This document shows, in pieces, positions 27,945-42,338 of a DNA stretch of 64,000 nucleotides. Both the position numbers and the translations under genes were made by a program. This stretch comes from Octopus vulgaris. Its lineage: Eukaryota. Position 1 is the stretch's first letter. Each line of letters opens with the position of its first letter. The notes under the pieces are model-generated. The model saw only the letters and a list, made by a program, of their open reading frames with translations, was not told where the DNA came from and did no database searches. The stretch lies in the NCBI GenBank assembly GCA_951406725.2, contig OX597824.1, positions 30,628,001-30,692,000 of the forward strand, in the 5' to 3' direction.

Positions 27945-28764
27945 GCAGTAAGAAGTTTGCTTCCCAAGCACATGCTTCCGGCTGAGTAGCTGGGACCTTG
28001 CACGTGCTACTAATCCGGGTCAGAGTAGGTCTCGGAACAAGAGAGGCTAAGAGGTGGTTCTATCAGCTTCCAAACCCAGGAATTCATGTACCAGGACACT
28101 CTACTGGATACATTTTGAAGTTATACCCTGACGCACACTTACACATACACATGCACACAAACACATTTATGCACACAAACACACATTTATGCACACAAAC
28201 GCACATTTATACACGCAACACACACACAATCCTGAGTTCTCTATTATTCTATGTTATTGCTTATTGATGAATTCGATATTAAGTTATAATTATATTATTC
28301 TATACAAGTTAAAAACAACTGCAGAATAAATAGTTTAAATTAATGAATCTAATGTTTAGCAAAGAAATTCTGCTTTCGCTTAATCATAGCTTCTCTGAAA
28401 CAAAATAGTCTGAATATGTAAAATACAGTCGAATTAGTTCAGACTATTTTTGTGAAATTCCTAAGTTACTAAAACCTCAATTAAAAGATTAAAAATATAT
28501 TAAAATAAATTACGTAATCAGATGTAATCTGTAAACGATATATTTGCAAGCGAACCCACATCCATGCGCAAATACTCAAATAGTGAATGTTTGCGTATAT
28601 ATTCTATTATATATTAAATATCCTATTATAGACACGTTTATCATTTTTTACATATAGACACTTATACATAGACATGCACTCATATACACATTCGTAAACT
28701 GATGTAACCGAAACACTAGCACACACATACTGGACATATACATAGATATACACAAACACATGCT

Positions 28765-28798
<34 letters not shown>

Positions 28799-28885
28799 TA
28801 TTAGAGACAAAACCACTATTTTGCAAAACAAACAAGGAAAGACTTAATCAATACATAAAATTTTAATAAATAGTCAAAAAAACCG

Positions 28886-28928
28886 CCACTACAATTGTTT
28901 CTTGTCTTGTTCGACAATCTTCAGGTGG
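28886..28928 (-). ncRNA. Minimal type I hammerhead ribozyme, canonical core (PLE type)
   Basis: Minus strand: ccac CTGAAGA ttgtc-gaacaa-gacaa GAAA caattg TA gtgg. Stem III is the palindrome acaattgt and the triplet is GUA. It lies in a ~150 bp insert between (TA)n tracts. Confidence 0.85.
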
Positions 28929-28944
28929 ACTTCCTAATAAGTAT

Positions 28945-29031
<87 letters not shown>

Positions 29032-29035
<4 letters not shown>

Positions 29036-29163
29036 GGTTTGACGGATTTTCGATCTGGAATTCGTTGCTTGGCTGGCCGTTGCTGATGATTCGCAATTTA
29101 CAATGAAATAACATGATACAACAGTGCCATCTGGCGGTGCTGACGAAATTTCGTCAACCGATA
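29032..29163. mobile_element. Short MITE (~130 bp) with ~20 bp imperfect TIRs beside (TA)n
   Basis: atcggtttgacggattttcg at the left end and cgaaatttcgtcaaccgat at the right end, flanked by TA. Confidence 0.65.
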
Positions 29164-29256
29164 TAATTTGTGCTGTTTTATCACTTTCTCAGGAGGATGA
29201 CTGCAGTTTTACGACGCTCAAAACAACACATCCAAATTAAGTTAGATGTGGTAATT

Positions 29257-29393
<137 letters not shown>

Positions 29394-32300
29394 ACTAGCT
29401 ACTTTGTTTGTTGCAAGGCATTTCAAAATTGATCACGGAGCATTTATTTATGTAGATGTATTTTACTCTAACGTTAAATGACGTCATTTGATTATACTTC
29501 TAATTCTTTGACGTCACATATACTGAAGATTATATTTTGACTTATGAATGAAACTAGTTTCCTGCATTGCAATTTCACAAAAATATTTTGATGGGATTCA
29601 ACTACATTATATAGATTGAAAGCATTTTGTTTCAAAGGGGCTGTGAATAAGTGAAAGCAGAGAACTTTGCTAAAACATTAAATTCAATCAATCAATCACT
29701 CAATCTCTCTCTACCTATTTATCTACTGTATGAATATATGCACGAATATGTGTATGTATGTATGAATGTATGTATGTATGTACATACGGCTGTCTGAGAG
29801 ATATCTTATGGTAGTGGAATAGCATTTAACTGCTATTTCTAAATTTCGGTATGTGGTGAAGCAATTTTTGCTGAACCCTAATTATAATTATGCATATAAT
29901 TATAGAATTTTTGTATAAGGTTACCGATAATGGTTCTTTTAACATACCGAACTACTTGGTAAAATTATTAGTTATTAATTGATTAATTAATTTTACCCTT
30001 TATTATTATTATCATTATTATTATAATATATATATATATTGCAGAGTTTGTATGTGTGTGTGTGTGTATGTGCGTGCACACCCGCGCGTATGTTGTTTAT
30101 GGATCCGAAAACTGAGTTGCCGATTTTCATGTCTGAGGTATCAAAAGATTCAGTAATATTTCGGCTACAAAATAAAGCATGTTTTTTGCACAACTCTTTT
30201 TTACTACAAAATAACCTCGAAAACGAAGTGAGGTCGCGCAATTTTGAGGTCTTTAGCTAAGGGGAGGCAACTCTGTCTGAGACACACCTCTGTGTGTGTG
30301 TTTTGTTGTGGTGAAAAAAATACTTTTTCTTAGAATATTTTTCATAATAACCTTTTAAGAAATCTGGACATATTTCCTACTGCTAACCATTCAACTTCAA
30401 ATTACAATTGTAAATTGTTGGAAGTCAAGTAGAGTGAGCTGTACGTATAGTGTTATCATTTATCTTGTGGTTAGTAATCCATTACCTTAAATTTAAATTA
30501 AATTTAAACATCATTATACTGGATTTAATATTTCGACTGTGGCTATGATGGGGTATCACCTTCAAAAATTAAATTGATCATACTGACCTCAGTACGTATT
30601 TCAATTTGGCATTTGTTTTATAGATTCCTGTTTCATGAACTGCTAACTTTGAGACATAGTGGGACACAATACTCGATTTAACAACAAATGTAAGCACACA
30701 CAAACGCACATACGTGGTACAAGAATGACTGTATGGTTGAGAAGTTTGCTTCCCAGCCACATGGTTCCACGTTCGGTCCCTCTGCATGGTACCTTGGGCA
30801 AGTGTTTTTTTTACTATAATCATAGGCCAACCACAGACTTGTGACTGAAAGTGGTAGACGCAAACTGCAGCGTTGTTCATCAGAAATGAATGAAAAAGAT
30901 GTTTATAAAGAAGAATTATTTGCTTCATACTCCTCGTTTGCCGATTCTGCCCATAAGAAAGGAACAAATAATACAGACAGACAGACAGACAGTATGTATG
31001 TATGTATGTATGTATGTATGTATGTATGTATGTATGTATGTATGTATGTATGTATGTATGATCTTTCTATATATATGAGAAAGGGCGGGAGAGGGACATT
31101 CACGTGTACCCCCACACAATACTTACACCCCGTCTCCTCACATACATACACACATGCAAACATCGTTTGATTAGACGAGGAAAAGAAAACTGTTCCTGTC
31201 ATTTAAAATCAAGGCAACTGGAAAAAGGCTTCAACAAGATTCTCTGCCCAACTGGGAAATGAGGTACGCTATTATAGCCGTATTTAAAAAGCGTCAGAAT
31301 AATGTCCTTGAACAGATTTTTCTTGGTATTGTTGACGTGCGACTTCCTTTCTTTTTAGGTTTAGAGAACCATACAGAAATCGTCTTTAATCTTCCCGGAT
31401 GTAGTAGGGTTGTGGTAATTTTTCCCCACCTTCTCTTCTTGGTTTTTGTCTGGTTATTCAAATACGTGTAAGTTGTAAAAAAAAAGAAAAAAAACAAAAA
31501 AAAACGTAGTATCTTCTAGCAGAACTGTTTAATACAAAATAAAAGAATTAATAAAGCCAAACAGTACGGTTTCGTTTTCAACAACAATTTGACTTCCCAT
31601 GATAAATTGTCTATGTACGCTGATATTTCGACGTAAAACGTTACATTGTAAATTACTAAAGTTCAGATATTCTTTAGATCTCACTCTTTTTAGAATGTAG
31701 TGTCACCTTCCTAGCCTTCTTTATTTCCTGAGAATAATATCCTTAAATGCACAAAGAAGTAAATTTTACTGTTACATCTAAAATTAAGCAAATACAACAA
31801 TAGCAGCAGCGCAACCTCCACATACGGAACAATTTAAGTGACTCTCAAGTCTACGACGACGAAACCTGTTTGTCTGCCATCCAGTAGTAAACATTAACCA
31901 AACTTCTCTCAAATTCCATCCTACAGCCCTAAAATAGAACTTGTTGGAGAGTAAAGTCTGGGTCACCTTATGCCAAGAAATGATAATATGGCTGTAGATG
32001 GAACGCTTTCGATCATAAGTTTGCTCGATGAGTGTCAATGTAGAGGCAAAATAACAGGCAACCAATAAGTCGACAAGAAAGTCTCTACGCGGCATCTAGT
32101 TCTGTTGAAAATAACAACTAAATTTCCCTCGAATCACTCCTTGCAGTCTTAAAAACGGAAAGTATACATTGTATAATGTACATAAAACAACATAATGGCT
32201 ACAGTTGGAAGGTGTTTGTTCATAGGTCTACTTAAGATAGATTGATTGAAGCTGAATAACAATAAAGTATTTCTGTGAGAGTTTTGGTTATTCAATTGTT

Positions 32301-32769
32301 AAAATGGGTCGAAAATGATCTGGACTTGCGTTTTTGCTGTTTATTATTGTTGTTTAACCAAAACGCAACCCTAATCGAATAAACCTTTGATCAAAGGTGA
32401 ATCAACCGAGATCGTCAGGTCTGTAGTTGAGGCAGTGAATCTAAGAATACAACGTTTAATCCCAGTTGATGTTCAGCTTCAGTAATCCCTTATACAGTAG
32501 ACGTATGTACGATGATATTTCACTTGTGGCAGTGGAGAAAGATTTGTTGTTATTTGGCTGCTATTTGTAGTTGGACGAGAGGTCACGAAGACCCTCCCTC
32601 GCTGCCGTGTCTGTTTACATTATCGTGAGACTAGGTCAGGTTCTTCTGTTGTTTAGTGAAACCTGATTGACTTCTTTTAATCCGACAGCTACAGTGTATC
32701 AAATAATGACTATATCAAACACCCACCAACACAGATGCAACCACATGCATGCATACATATGATTATCCA

Positions 32770-32825
<56 letters not shown>

Positions 32826-32827
32826 CA

Positions 32828-32861
<34 letters not shown>

Positions 32862-32930
32862 AATGCGCACATATTTACATATAAGCACTACATTATATAC
32901 ACACACATGCATATATGTATGCATATATAA

Positions 32931-32977
<47 letters not shown>

Positions 32978-33195
32978 GAACATACGTTTATGCATCTACG
33001 AAAGTGCTCACATACACTTACGTGTATGCTTGAGTTTACACACAAGATGGAAATGCACTCGATATAGAAGAGGATTGTAAATATTTGTTTGTAGCAATAG
33101 GATTACTCACATGATATACATGAAACTCTGAAAGTAACAGACTGACCTCAGCCCCAGTATATGTACATATGCATGTGCGGGCGTGTAAATACATA

Positions 33196-33359
<164 letters not shown>

Positions 33360-33395
33360 CACATATATAAACATACACACATACATATATATACA

Positions 33396-33439
<44 letters not shown>

Positions 33440-33553
33440 GTATATACATATATATCTATATACATAGGTACATATATACGTATATATATATACATACATA
33501 CATACATACATACATACATACATACATACATACATACATACACACATATATCT

Positions 33554-33960
33554 ATACTTTGATGGTCTGACAGGTTTTGGCCAGTATTGGCCCAGGCCAT
33601 GTCTAACAACTTAATAGCACCACCTAGTAAAGTCACTCAAATCAGGAATCGGACAACATGCCCACTCGAGGAGAGAGTTATTATTTATGGAGATATATCC
33701 GAGTGTAGGAGGTTTATCCCGGATTTTTTGAAGGAATTTGTCCAAAGACTTATTGAACTTTATGGAGTCTGTTTCTGCTTTAATGTTTTTTTTGGGGTGT
33801 AATGTTATAGAGAGTGGGGCCAATTAAGGTGAAATAATTGTATCGTATTGTCGTTATATGATGCGAGTATGATTTATAGTGTGGGCGGATAGCACGGGGT
33901 CCAGATCTTGGATGTATCATAAAGGCGATGCCAACATCATTTGAGCAATCCTGACGGAAT
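33554..33960 (-). mobile_element. CR1-group LINE 3' fragment (ORF2 C-terminus plus 3' UTR)
   Basis: NDVGIAFMIHPRSGP...FTLIGPTLYNITP...KFNKSLDKFLQKIRDKPPTLGYISINNNSLLEWA resembles the GP.LFN.LP...LDKFL..IPD.P...NSL terminus of CR1-group elements. Confidence 0.75.
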
Positions 33961-33965
33961 ATTTA

Positions 33966-34014
<49 letters not shown>

Positions 34015-34215
34015 CACACACACATAGAGATACATACATACATACATACATACATACACACACACATATATTGGACCACATTTATAGCCTATTCTTTAAT
34101 AGAAAACATGACATAACAAATTGGTTACTGCACCTATTTGTTATCTCATGCTTTGTATCAGAAAATAAGCTTTAAGTGTGGGCCAGTCGATGTGTTTGTT
34201 AACCTGGGATCTGAT

Positions 34216-34276
<61 letters not shown>

Positions 34277-34469
34277 ATATATATATATATATATACACAT
34301 CTATATATACACATCTATATATACATACAGGTATATATATCTATATATATATATATATATATACATATAAATATATATATATATACATATAGATCTATAT
34401 ATACACATGCAATGTGAGATAATACTTTCACTTTTAATAGTTTCTATATATATATATATCATATACATA

Positions 34470-34746
34470 GTGAAAGTATTAATAGTGAAAATATTATCTC
34501 ACATTACAATAGAGATGTTATTGTTTCACTTTTGACACATATTACTGAAACAGTGTAAGAGATTGCTCAGGGATCGCATGAGGCATGTAGTTGAAACATT
34601 TTTAGCCCATGGCACTCCATGTATCATAAGTAGTGTATGTATAAAATTTGAATGAAATCAGTTGGGTAGTTCTCGAGTTTTAGTGATGCACACATACAGG
34701 TAGATAGACAGACAGACACACATCCTCAGTTTTATATATATATAGA
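34470..34746 (-). mobile_element. Helitron-like 5' fragment
   Basis: Minus strand starts A|TCTATATATATATAAAACTG followed by a (tgtc)n tract, the same 5' signature as 54887. No 3' CTAG end was identified. Confidence 0.55.
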
Positions 34747-35513
34747 TAATAAATATGCATATTTAAAATATAAAGCACGCACACATTTATTATAAATGTA
34801 CAATTATGAATCTACAAATTCCTTATTCCGAAATCCAGATGGAATGTGGTGATCAATTTGGAGTGAGTGCCTGTGTTCCCAACCCATATTGCCATATCTA
34901 AGCAACACCCTGACTTTATAGAGTGTTTCTGTTTGTCAAAAAGCAAAAGAAATGTTCTTGATGTTGAAGTCAATAAGCAATGTAAAATGAAAGTTAGTGT
35001 TTGGATTATGCGAGACGGAGTCATGTGAGTCACATGAATGGAAGAGTACATTACTTCCGGAGTGAAAAAGAAATCATCAGAGAATAACAAAACAAAATAA
35101 TAGCTATGTGGTTGTAACAGTTGCACCTGCTCTAGGTGTGGTGACTGCATAGATAATAAAACGAAGGAAAAGCGTGTTACGATGTGGGTTGAAAAGAACC
35201 CGAGCATTCCTTCTTGGTAATGACACTGCTTAGCGGAAATCTTTGTGGTCTTAAATCGATAACTGACGAAGGGAGAATGTCTTGTTCTAAGTAGGGGTAA
35301 AAGGCCCAAATTACTTTCAAGTTACGTAGAATTTTGATTCGTCGTGACTTTCATGTCACAGATATAATTGGTATATTTAATTCACGTCAAACATCATTTG
35401 CATGCGGTTGATAAACCATGTGTCCGTTACATAATACTTACATGCACGCATACATATTTACGTACATACACACATATATATGTATATGTATATATACATA
35501 TACATATACATAC

Positions 35514-35560
<47 letters not shown>

Positions 35561-35637
35561 AACACACATATATACACACACACAAACAATATATATATAT
35601 ACATATTTGTATACATATACATACGCACACATATATG

Positions 35638-35681
<44 letters not shown>

Positions 35682-36454
35682 TATAAATACACACATATAT
35701 ATATATATACATATATATATATACACATATATATATATGCACATATATATACATATATATATACACACACACACACACATATATATATACATGTATATAC
35801 ATAATTCATACACACACACACACACACGTATATATATATATATACAAATGTCTATATATAGGCATTCACGTATATATTTATATGCACAAACTCCAACTCC
35901 CGCGCAATTGAATACAACTGAATATTTGTATACGCCTTAGGAATTAAGAGTAAATGGGTGTGTTCTTCCTTCGTTTACCTGTGAAAAATACATTACCACT
36001 AGTATATACACATATAATTGCCATATATAGGTAGTTATATTTTTATAGTCTTTATTTACGTATGAATGCATTCACTCCCACGCATTCCCACATTCGTTAT
36101 ACACTTGTAAGTAAGCTTTATACACCTGTAAGCAAGCGTCAACTGATAGAACATATGTGTAAACTTTCATTCTTTAATGATATTAAACTTAGGCAGTTTA
36201 ATCTGTCTTCACTTTTGCTATATTTTAACGTTTTGCATTAGTATGTATATGTTCCTTTCCTTAATGGCATATCAACTTTGGAGAAGTCTTGAATCATCAC
36301 ATTATTTTCTCTTCTCAAGTGGAGCTGGCCCTAATTGCCATTTGTTAATTATGATACATTCTTTATGGGCAGTGATAATTATAATAAATCAAGAATTTGT
36401 TGTTGTATGGCATTTGCTATATCTGTATAGGGAATGCTAAAGCTAAGTGAAAAC

Positions 36455-36499
<45 letters not shown>

Positions 36500-37059
36500 C
36501 CAATAGTTAAAATTAGAGGTAGCACTGAAAGTTACGACGATTCGTCGATGTAAACAATGCTATCGAAGACAGAAAAATAGGTAATGAGTATGTATGCGTA
36601 TTTCAGTAGTTCTTGCTCTTTCTCTAGTGCCACATCCAACCCATTAACCACTCACGAACTCATTGCTTAAAAAGCCAACAAATTTAGCGGTGTAGCACAA
36701 ATGGATATACTAATTTTACATATTAAACACATTCCTGGCAACTTGTACTTACATATTAATTGCTTATAGGGACATCATATTTCGTTATGCAACAATAATA
36801 CACCACCAAGTATCTTAAAGGCTTTGAAGTCAAAACCGTGTCCCATCTGTGTAAGCAATGCGATTCAATCACTTTTTAAAGTTAGCTCTTCAGATTTTCT
36901 TCGTTGACCGAAATTTTTCCAACTCCTTTAACACCACCAACGATAACGCCTACACCATCAATTAGCAAGGTAGAGTCTGGCTACAAATGGCAATGAAATC
37001 TCCCTCAAATAACACCCTACCGCCCTAAGAAACTGAATGGCATTTCATAAATGTATATA

Positions 37060-37222
37060 CCGTAAATCCTCAAGTATAGTCCGCCCTTGAGTATAATATG
37101 CAGGAGGGTTTTAGGGGGCTGTGCCTCTGAAAAACCTAAACCTTGTGTATAATACGCACCCCTTTTCTAACTTGAGTCAAGGAGGTCTATATAACGTCCT
37201 TGGTTTGTAAAAATGTATACGG
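37060..37222. mobile_element. MITE of Tc2/pogo type
   Basis: TA-CCGTA...TACGG-TA ends, with internal repeats of cct(t)gagtataatacgcac-like motifs. Confidence 0.65.
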
Positions 37223-38950
37223 TAACGTTCTTTATTATTATTGTGTATATAACATAATGCAAACGTGTAGTATTTTGTGCATTTTGTTTGCAGAAAATAA
37301 AGAAATAACAGTAATAACAGTAATAACGTTTAATAAATTTTGCTTACTGCAAGTTATGGATGATTCTTTTAGGACTTCATTGCTTTCAAACTTAGCTTAA
37401 GGTATTTTCGCGCCCGACATTAGTATTCATGTATAAATTTGTTGAACTGGAGCTGATCTGAAGCTGACAATAACAATGAGCCAGCGAGGAAACTTCTATG
37501 CGGGCGTTCGAACTGTGAGAAATAACAGTCAAATAACCCTCAATTGCTGTCTTACAACAGAAAGAAACATTCACAGAAACGGTGTACTTGACCAAAATAA
37601 GGTAGAATAAACGGGATGGATACACAGGCTACTTAGCTATTTGTCTTTCTTACCTACTTACATATTTTGTTTTATCTGCACCCACCCGAATCATGGATTT
37701 CCGTTATCAGAGTTAGTTAAATTGATATGCTCTGAGTCATAAACTAAAGTTACTGTAAATGAATTAAGCAGAACAAAAATATTGTTGTATTTAGTCACGT
37801 TCCTTTACTTTTTGACTGTAAATCCCTCAGTAAAACATTTTTTTTTGTTCTTTTCTTCTTTCCGAGTTCAATCACATACACTTGCAAACTTTACTTCAAT
37901 GAAGAAACTATTGAAAGCTTTGATTACAATCATTTCCTTTCTTGGAAACTGTTAATAGAATGACTCGGTGGATTCCTTTGAATTATCAAGGAGAAAGATA
38001 TGTGCTAACAAGTACCAGATATAGAAATACAGTAAAAAAAATCACATAAGCATAACTACAATATCGATAGCCAAGCTGCACTAGGCTATCAACGACTTCT
38101 TAGGAATTTGATACAGTCATAATACATTATGACTGTATCAAACGTGAAATTAGAAATAGCAGTCTGGGCGCATTTTTAGTATGTAATCCTTGTTGTTTTC
38201 GTTGTTGCTTAGCACCAAATTAGTCTTGCTGGAACCATCTGTGACCAATGAGTCTGTTTGTATATCAAATCGTACATCATTCAACATGTCCTTTATACTA
38301 AGACAGTAGGGTATAATTTAAGTAAGACAGGCTGCAAGTAATTCAGATGATCGCTATGAAACATATTCGTTGATTTGCTTTGAAATAAATTGTTTAGGGA
38401 GATTTATTACCATTACTTTCACCCTCAGTACTTAACTTTGACAGCATTTATAGTTAAACCTCGGAATGTATTCAACCTAAATATTTAAATAGATTTACAA
38501 CCGCCTTTTCTATCCTCTATACTTTAACAGCATTTACATAGAAAACCTCGGCAATAAATATGTTTCTGTTCTTTTGTTCTTTTATTTGTTTCATTTATGG
38601 GACCGTGGCAAGTTGGGTTAACCCCTTGGAAAGTTAAGTCTTATTTTTGAAAGTCTAGCACTTATTTAATCCGGTCTGTTTTTGTTGAACAGCTGGATTA
38701 CGAAGACATAGAAAAATCCACACTGATTTTCAAGCGGTGAGAAATAAATGCAAAAATACACACACATACATACGATAGGATTCCACACAGTTTCTACCAG
38801 CCAAATTCACTCACTTGGTATTGATTGACCTGTGAGTAAAATGGAATCAACTTGTCGATGCTGCGCAGTGGGACTAAACCTGAAACAATGAGGTAGCGAG
38901 GCGAACTTCTTTTATCTCACAGCTATGCCTTTGTTAGATACACATTCACG

Positions 38951-38997
<47 letters not shown>

Positions 38998-39370
38998 ACA
39001 CACACACACACAAGCATCTTTTATCTTTTACTTGTTTTAATCATTGGATTGCAGCCATACTGAGTCAACTATACTTGTTCGACTATATTCTTGAAGGTAA
39101 TTTTCGAACAAATTCACCCCATTCTATCGGAGTCATTTGCTAAAACTCTACCTTATGGAGAGTTTTAGCAACACCTGTTATCAAGCGTTGGTAGGGACTA
39201 ACACACACACGCACACACGCACACACGACAGTTTTACACTGTTTCCATTTACCAAATTCAGTCACAAGTGTTTCGTTGGCCCATAGCTATAGTAGAAGAC
39301 ACTGAACCCAAAACCACAGGGCTGCAAAGCAAGTTTCTTAACCATACATTCATGTATTATTACACACGTA

Positions 39371-39588
39371 AAGGCGGCGAGTTGGCAGAATCGTTAGCAC
39401 GTCGGACAAAATGCTTAGCGGCATTTCGTCCGTCTTTACGTTCTGAGTTCAAATTCCACCGAGTTTGACTTTGTCTTTCATCCTTTCGGGGGTTGATAAA
39501 TTAAGTACCAGTGAAACACTGGAGTCAGTTTAATCTACTACTGCCCTTGCCCCAAATTTCAGGCCTTGTGCCTATTGTAGAAATAATT
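39371..39588 (+). mobile_element. SINE family B-related, with an alternative 3' tail
   Basis: Same head and central domain as family B, followed by a ccccaaatttcaggccttgtgcct...attatta tail. A similar copy lies at 62082-62285. Confidence 0.85.
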
Positions 39589-39717
39589 ATTACACATGCA
39601 ATCGAACATATGTATGTGTGTGTATAAATTTGTAGATATGTAAATGTATATGTATCTATATGTGTCCGCAAGCATTTATATACGTATACGTATATATGTA
39701 TATAACTATGTTTCCAA

Positions 39718-39756
<39 letters not shown>

Positions 39757-39874
39757 CAATCAAAACGCCCCCCGTCCAATGGACGGTGCTGAGTTGTCAA
39801 ATCAAATTTTCTCAAAACAATTTGTCCGACCGTCCCATAGGCCTCCCCTTTGAGAAACACTGATTTAACCTAAA

Positions 39875-40093
39875 TTTGAGACACCGTGCATTTTTCTCGC
39901 GTACGCGTTGTATAGATCGCAACGGCTGATGTACTTGCGCGTACAAATGCACATTTCCACGGCTTTATCGATCGCATTCTCACCTGGAATCGATTTTTGT
40001 AATTTTTTCAAGACTTATACACGCCCTGATACCGTCGTTATCTACATATCAAATTTGAGCGCAATCGGATGGAGGATGCCCGAGACCCCAGAA

Positions 40094-40128
<35 letters not shown>

Positions 40129-40145
40129 CGGATTTTATATAATAT
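39875..40145 (-). mobile_element. Helitron-like 5' fragment with (TG)n
   Basis: Minus strand tatataaaatccgttc(tg)n...ccgattgcgctcaaatttg has the same layout as the other Helitron 5' ends in this window. Confidence 0.45.
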
Positions 40146-40151
40146 ATATAT

Positions 40152-40230
<79 letters not shown>

Positions 40231-40302
40231 ATATATGTATACATACATGCACATATGTGTGTGTGCGTGTGTCCATGTGAGAGTGTATGTGTAACTATAG
40301 TA

Positions 40303-40719
40303 AGGCGGCGAGCTGGCAGAAACGTTAGCACGCCGGACGAAATGCGTAGCGGTATTACGTCTGCCGTTACGTTCTGAGTTCAAATTCCGCCGAGGTCGAC
40401 TTTGCCTTTCATCCTTTCGGGGTCGATAAATTAAAGTACCAGTTACGCACTGGGGTCGATGTAATCGACTTATTACCTATGTCTGTCCTTGTTTGTCCCC
40501 TCTATGTTTAGCCCCTTGTGGGTAATAAAGAAATAGGTATTTCGTCTGTCGTTACGTTCTGAGTTCAAATTCCGCCGAGGTCGACTTTGCCTTTCATCCT
40601 TTCGGGGTCGATAAATTAACTACCAGTTACGCACTGGGGTCGATATAATCGACCTAATCCGTTTGTCTGTCCTTGTTCGTCCTCTCTGTGTTTGGCCCCT
40701 TGTGGGTAGTAAAGAAATA
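40303..40719 (+). mobile_element. SINE family B, head-to-tail partial dimer
   Basis: A full unit at 40303-40535 is followed by a second unit lacking its first ~48 nt (40536-40719). One flanking direct repeat, tatagtaagg, lies at 40296-40305 and 40720-40729. Confidence 0.9.
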
Positions 40720-41441
40720 TATAGTAAGGTGACAATTATGAGTATAAACCCTAAACATTTATTAAACATATTCAAAGAGAACAAAGTTTTGCTCACTTTC
40801 TTCGACAAGGTAAATGAACCCGTTGCGTAGCTGCTCGTTGATCATAAAGCCAGCTGTATTTTATACTAGAACGGTGACAGCTACTAAATTGGTTCTAGAA
40901 TAAATAAATTGATAAATAAATAAATAAAATCTTTTGATGAAATATTGTTTTAAGAGAGTGAATTCGAAACCTTGGTCTCTGTAACTTGATGCTATTTGTT
41001 TTACATATTTATGCGACATTTTACAATTTATGTAGGATTGGGGTAGCTGTGCAACCATATTTGAGGAGTAGTGGGAAGATGTGATTTATTGTAATACATA
41101 ATTATGAGGCCATTAGGATGTGTGTGTTTTGTAGAAGTGTGTGAAGGACACGTAGGTGTATGTTGATAAGAAATTTTTGAAAAGAGTAGGTGAGAGGAAG
41201 GACTCTCATCGTACTCCATTTAGGAAATTGCAAGTTTGGGAAGTGTTATTCTTGTGCACTGCATAGGCGAGGTACTATTTTGTATTGTTTCTTAAGGTGA
41301 TGTTGTGTATTATTTTGTGTGAATAAATAGTCGGGAATAGAACGGAATGGTACATGTGGGAGGAAGCTTTTATTCTGGAAGCCATTGTGTATGTTTTTTT
41401 ATTTGGTTTGTGAGTTGAGTGTTTTAAATCCATGTTGTGAT

Positions 41442-41510
<69 letters not shown>

Positions 41511-41600
41511 TGTGTGTGTGTGTGTGTATGAGAGAGAGAGAGAGAGTGTGTGTGTGAGAGAGAGTGTGTGTGTATGAGAGAGAGAGAGAGAGAGAGAGAG

Positions 41601-41632
<32 letters not shown>

Positions 41633-41639
41633 GTGTGGG

Positions 41640-41760
41640 TTAGTGATGTCAAGGATTAGCTTTTCTGGGATATTTGATGCCATACATAGGCGGGTAATGG
41701 GCCTTTATGGTGTTACCACTCATGGGGTTTTGTTGGGCTTTAGAATTCTTATAACTTTTA
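41640..41760 (-). mobile_element. Small non-LTR RT relic (Jockey/I-like)
   Basis: IRILKPNKTP*VVTP*RPITRLCMASNIPEKLILDI resembles IPILKP.K.P....SYRPISLL...SKILEKLIL. Confidence 0.55.
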
Positions 41761-42282
41761 GGATTCTTTTAACTTTCAGAATTTCTTATAATATTGGCTA
41801 ATATTGTAGAATGATTTGGCTGCAAGTTCTTATAGGACTGGCAGCAGCGAAGAGACTTTCTCGTGGACTCTTTGTAGTTACTGATACTAGTGTTCTCGTG
41901 TTATTTTTTAGTGACAAATCTGCTATAGTCAAGAAGATCTATCACCAAAGGCATTTCAGCCGTGACCATCACGCTTTTTCCCATATAAATATCTTTAGGA
42001 CTATATTGTCGAGCATACTATTTCTTATTTTAAAGTCATTCAGTAAGATATGAATGGAGGCGAATTAAGCTACTCTTTCTTGCGAGTCGAGCTGTGTTGT
42101 ACAAGCTCATTGTCACTGCTGCTATTATATTTACATGTATATATGTATATGGCGAACTTCTTTCAGTTTTCGTCTACCAGATCCACTCACTGTGGTCGGC
42201 TTGAGGCTATAGTACAAAACAATTGCCCGGTTGGGAAGCAAGCTTCTTACCACAGAGCCACGTTTGCGCCTCTCTCTCTCTC

Positions 42283-42335
<53 letters not shown>

Positions 42336-42338
42336 ACA

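Noticed and set aside
40930-40985. TTGATGA...GAAAccttggTC hammerhead-like motif
   Set aside because: Stems I and II do not pair convincingly.
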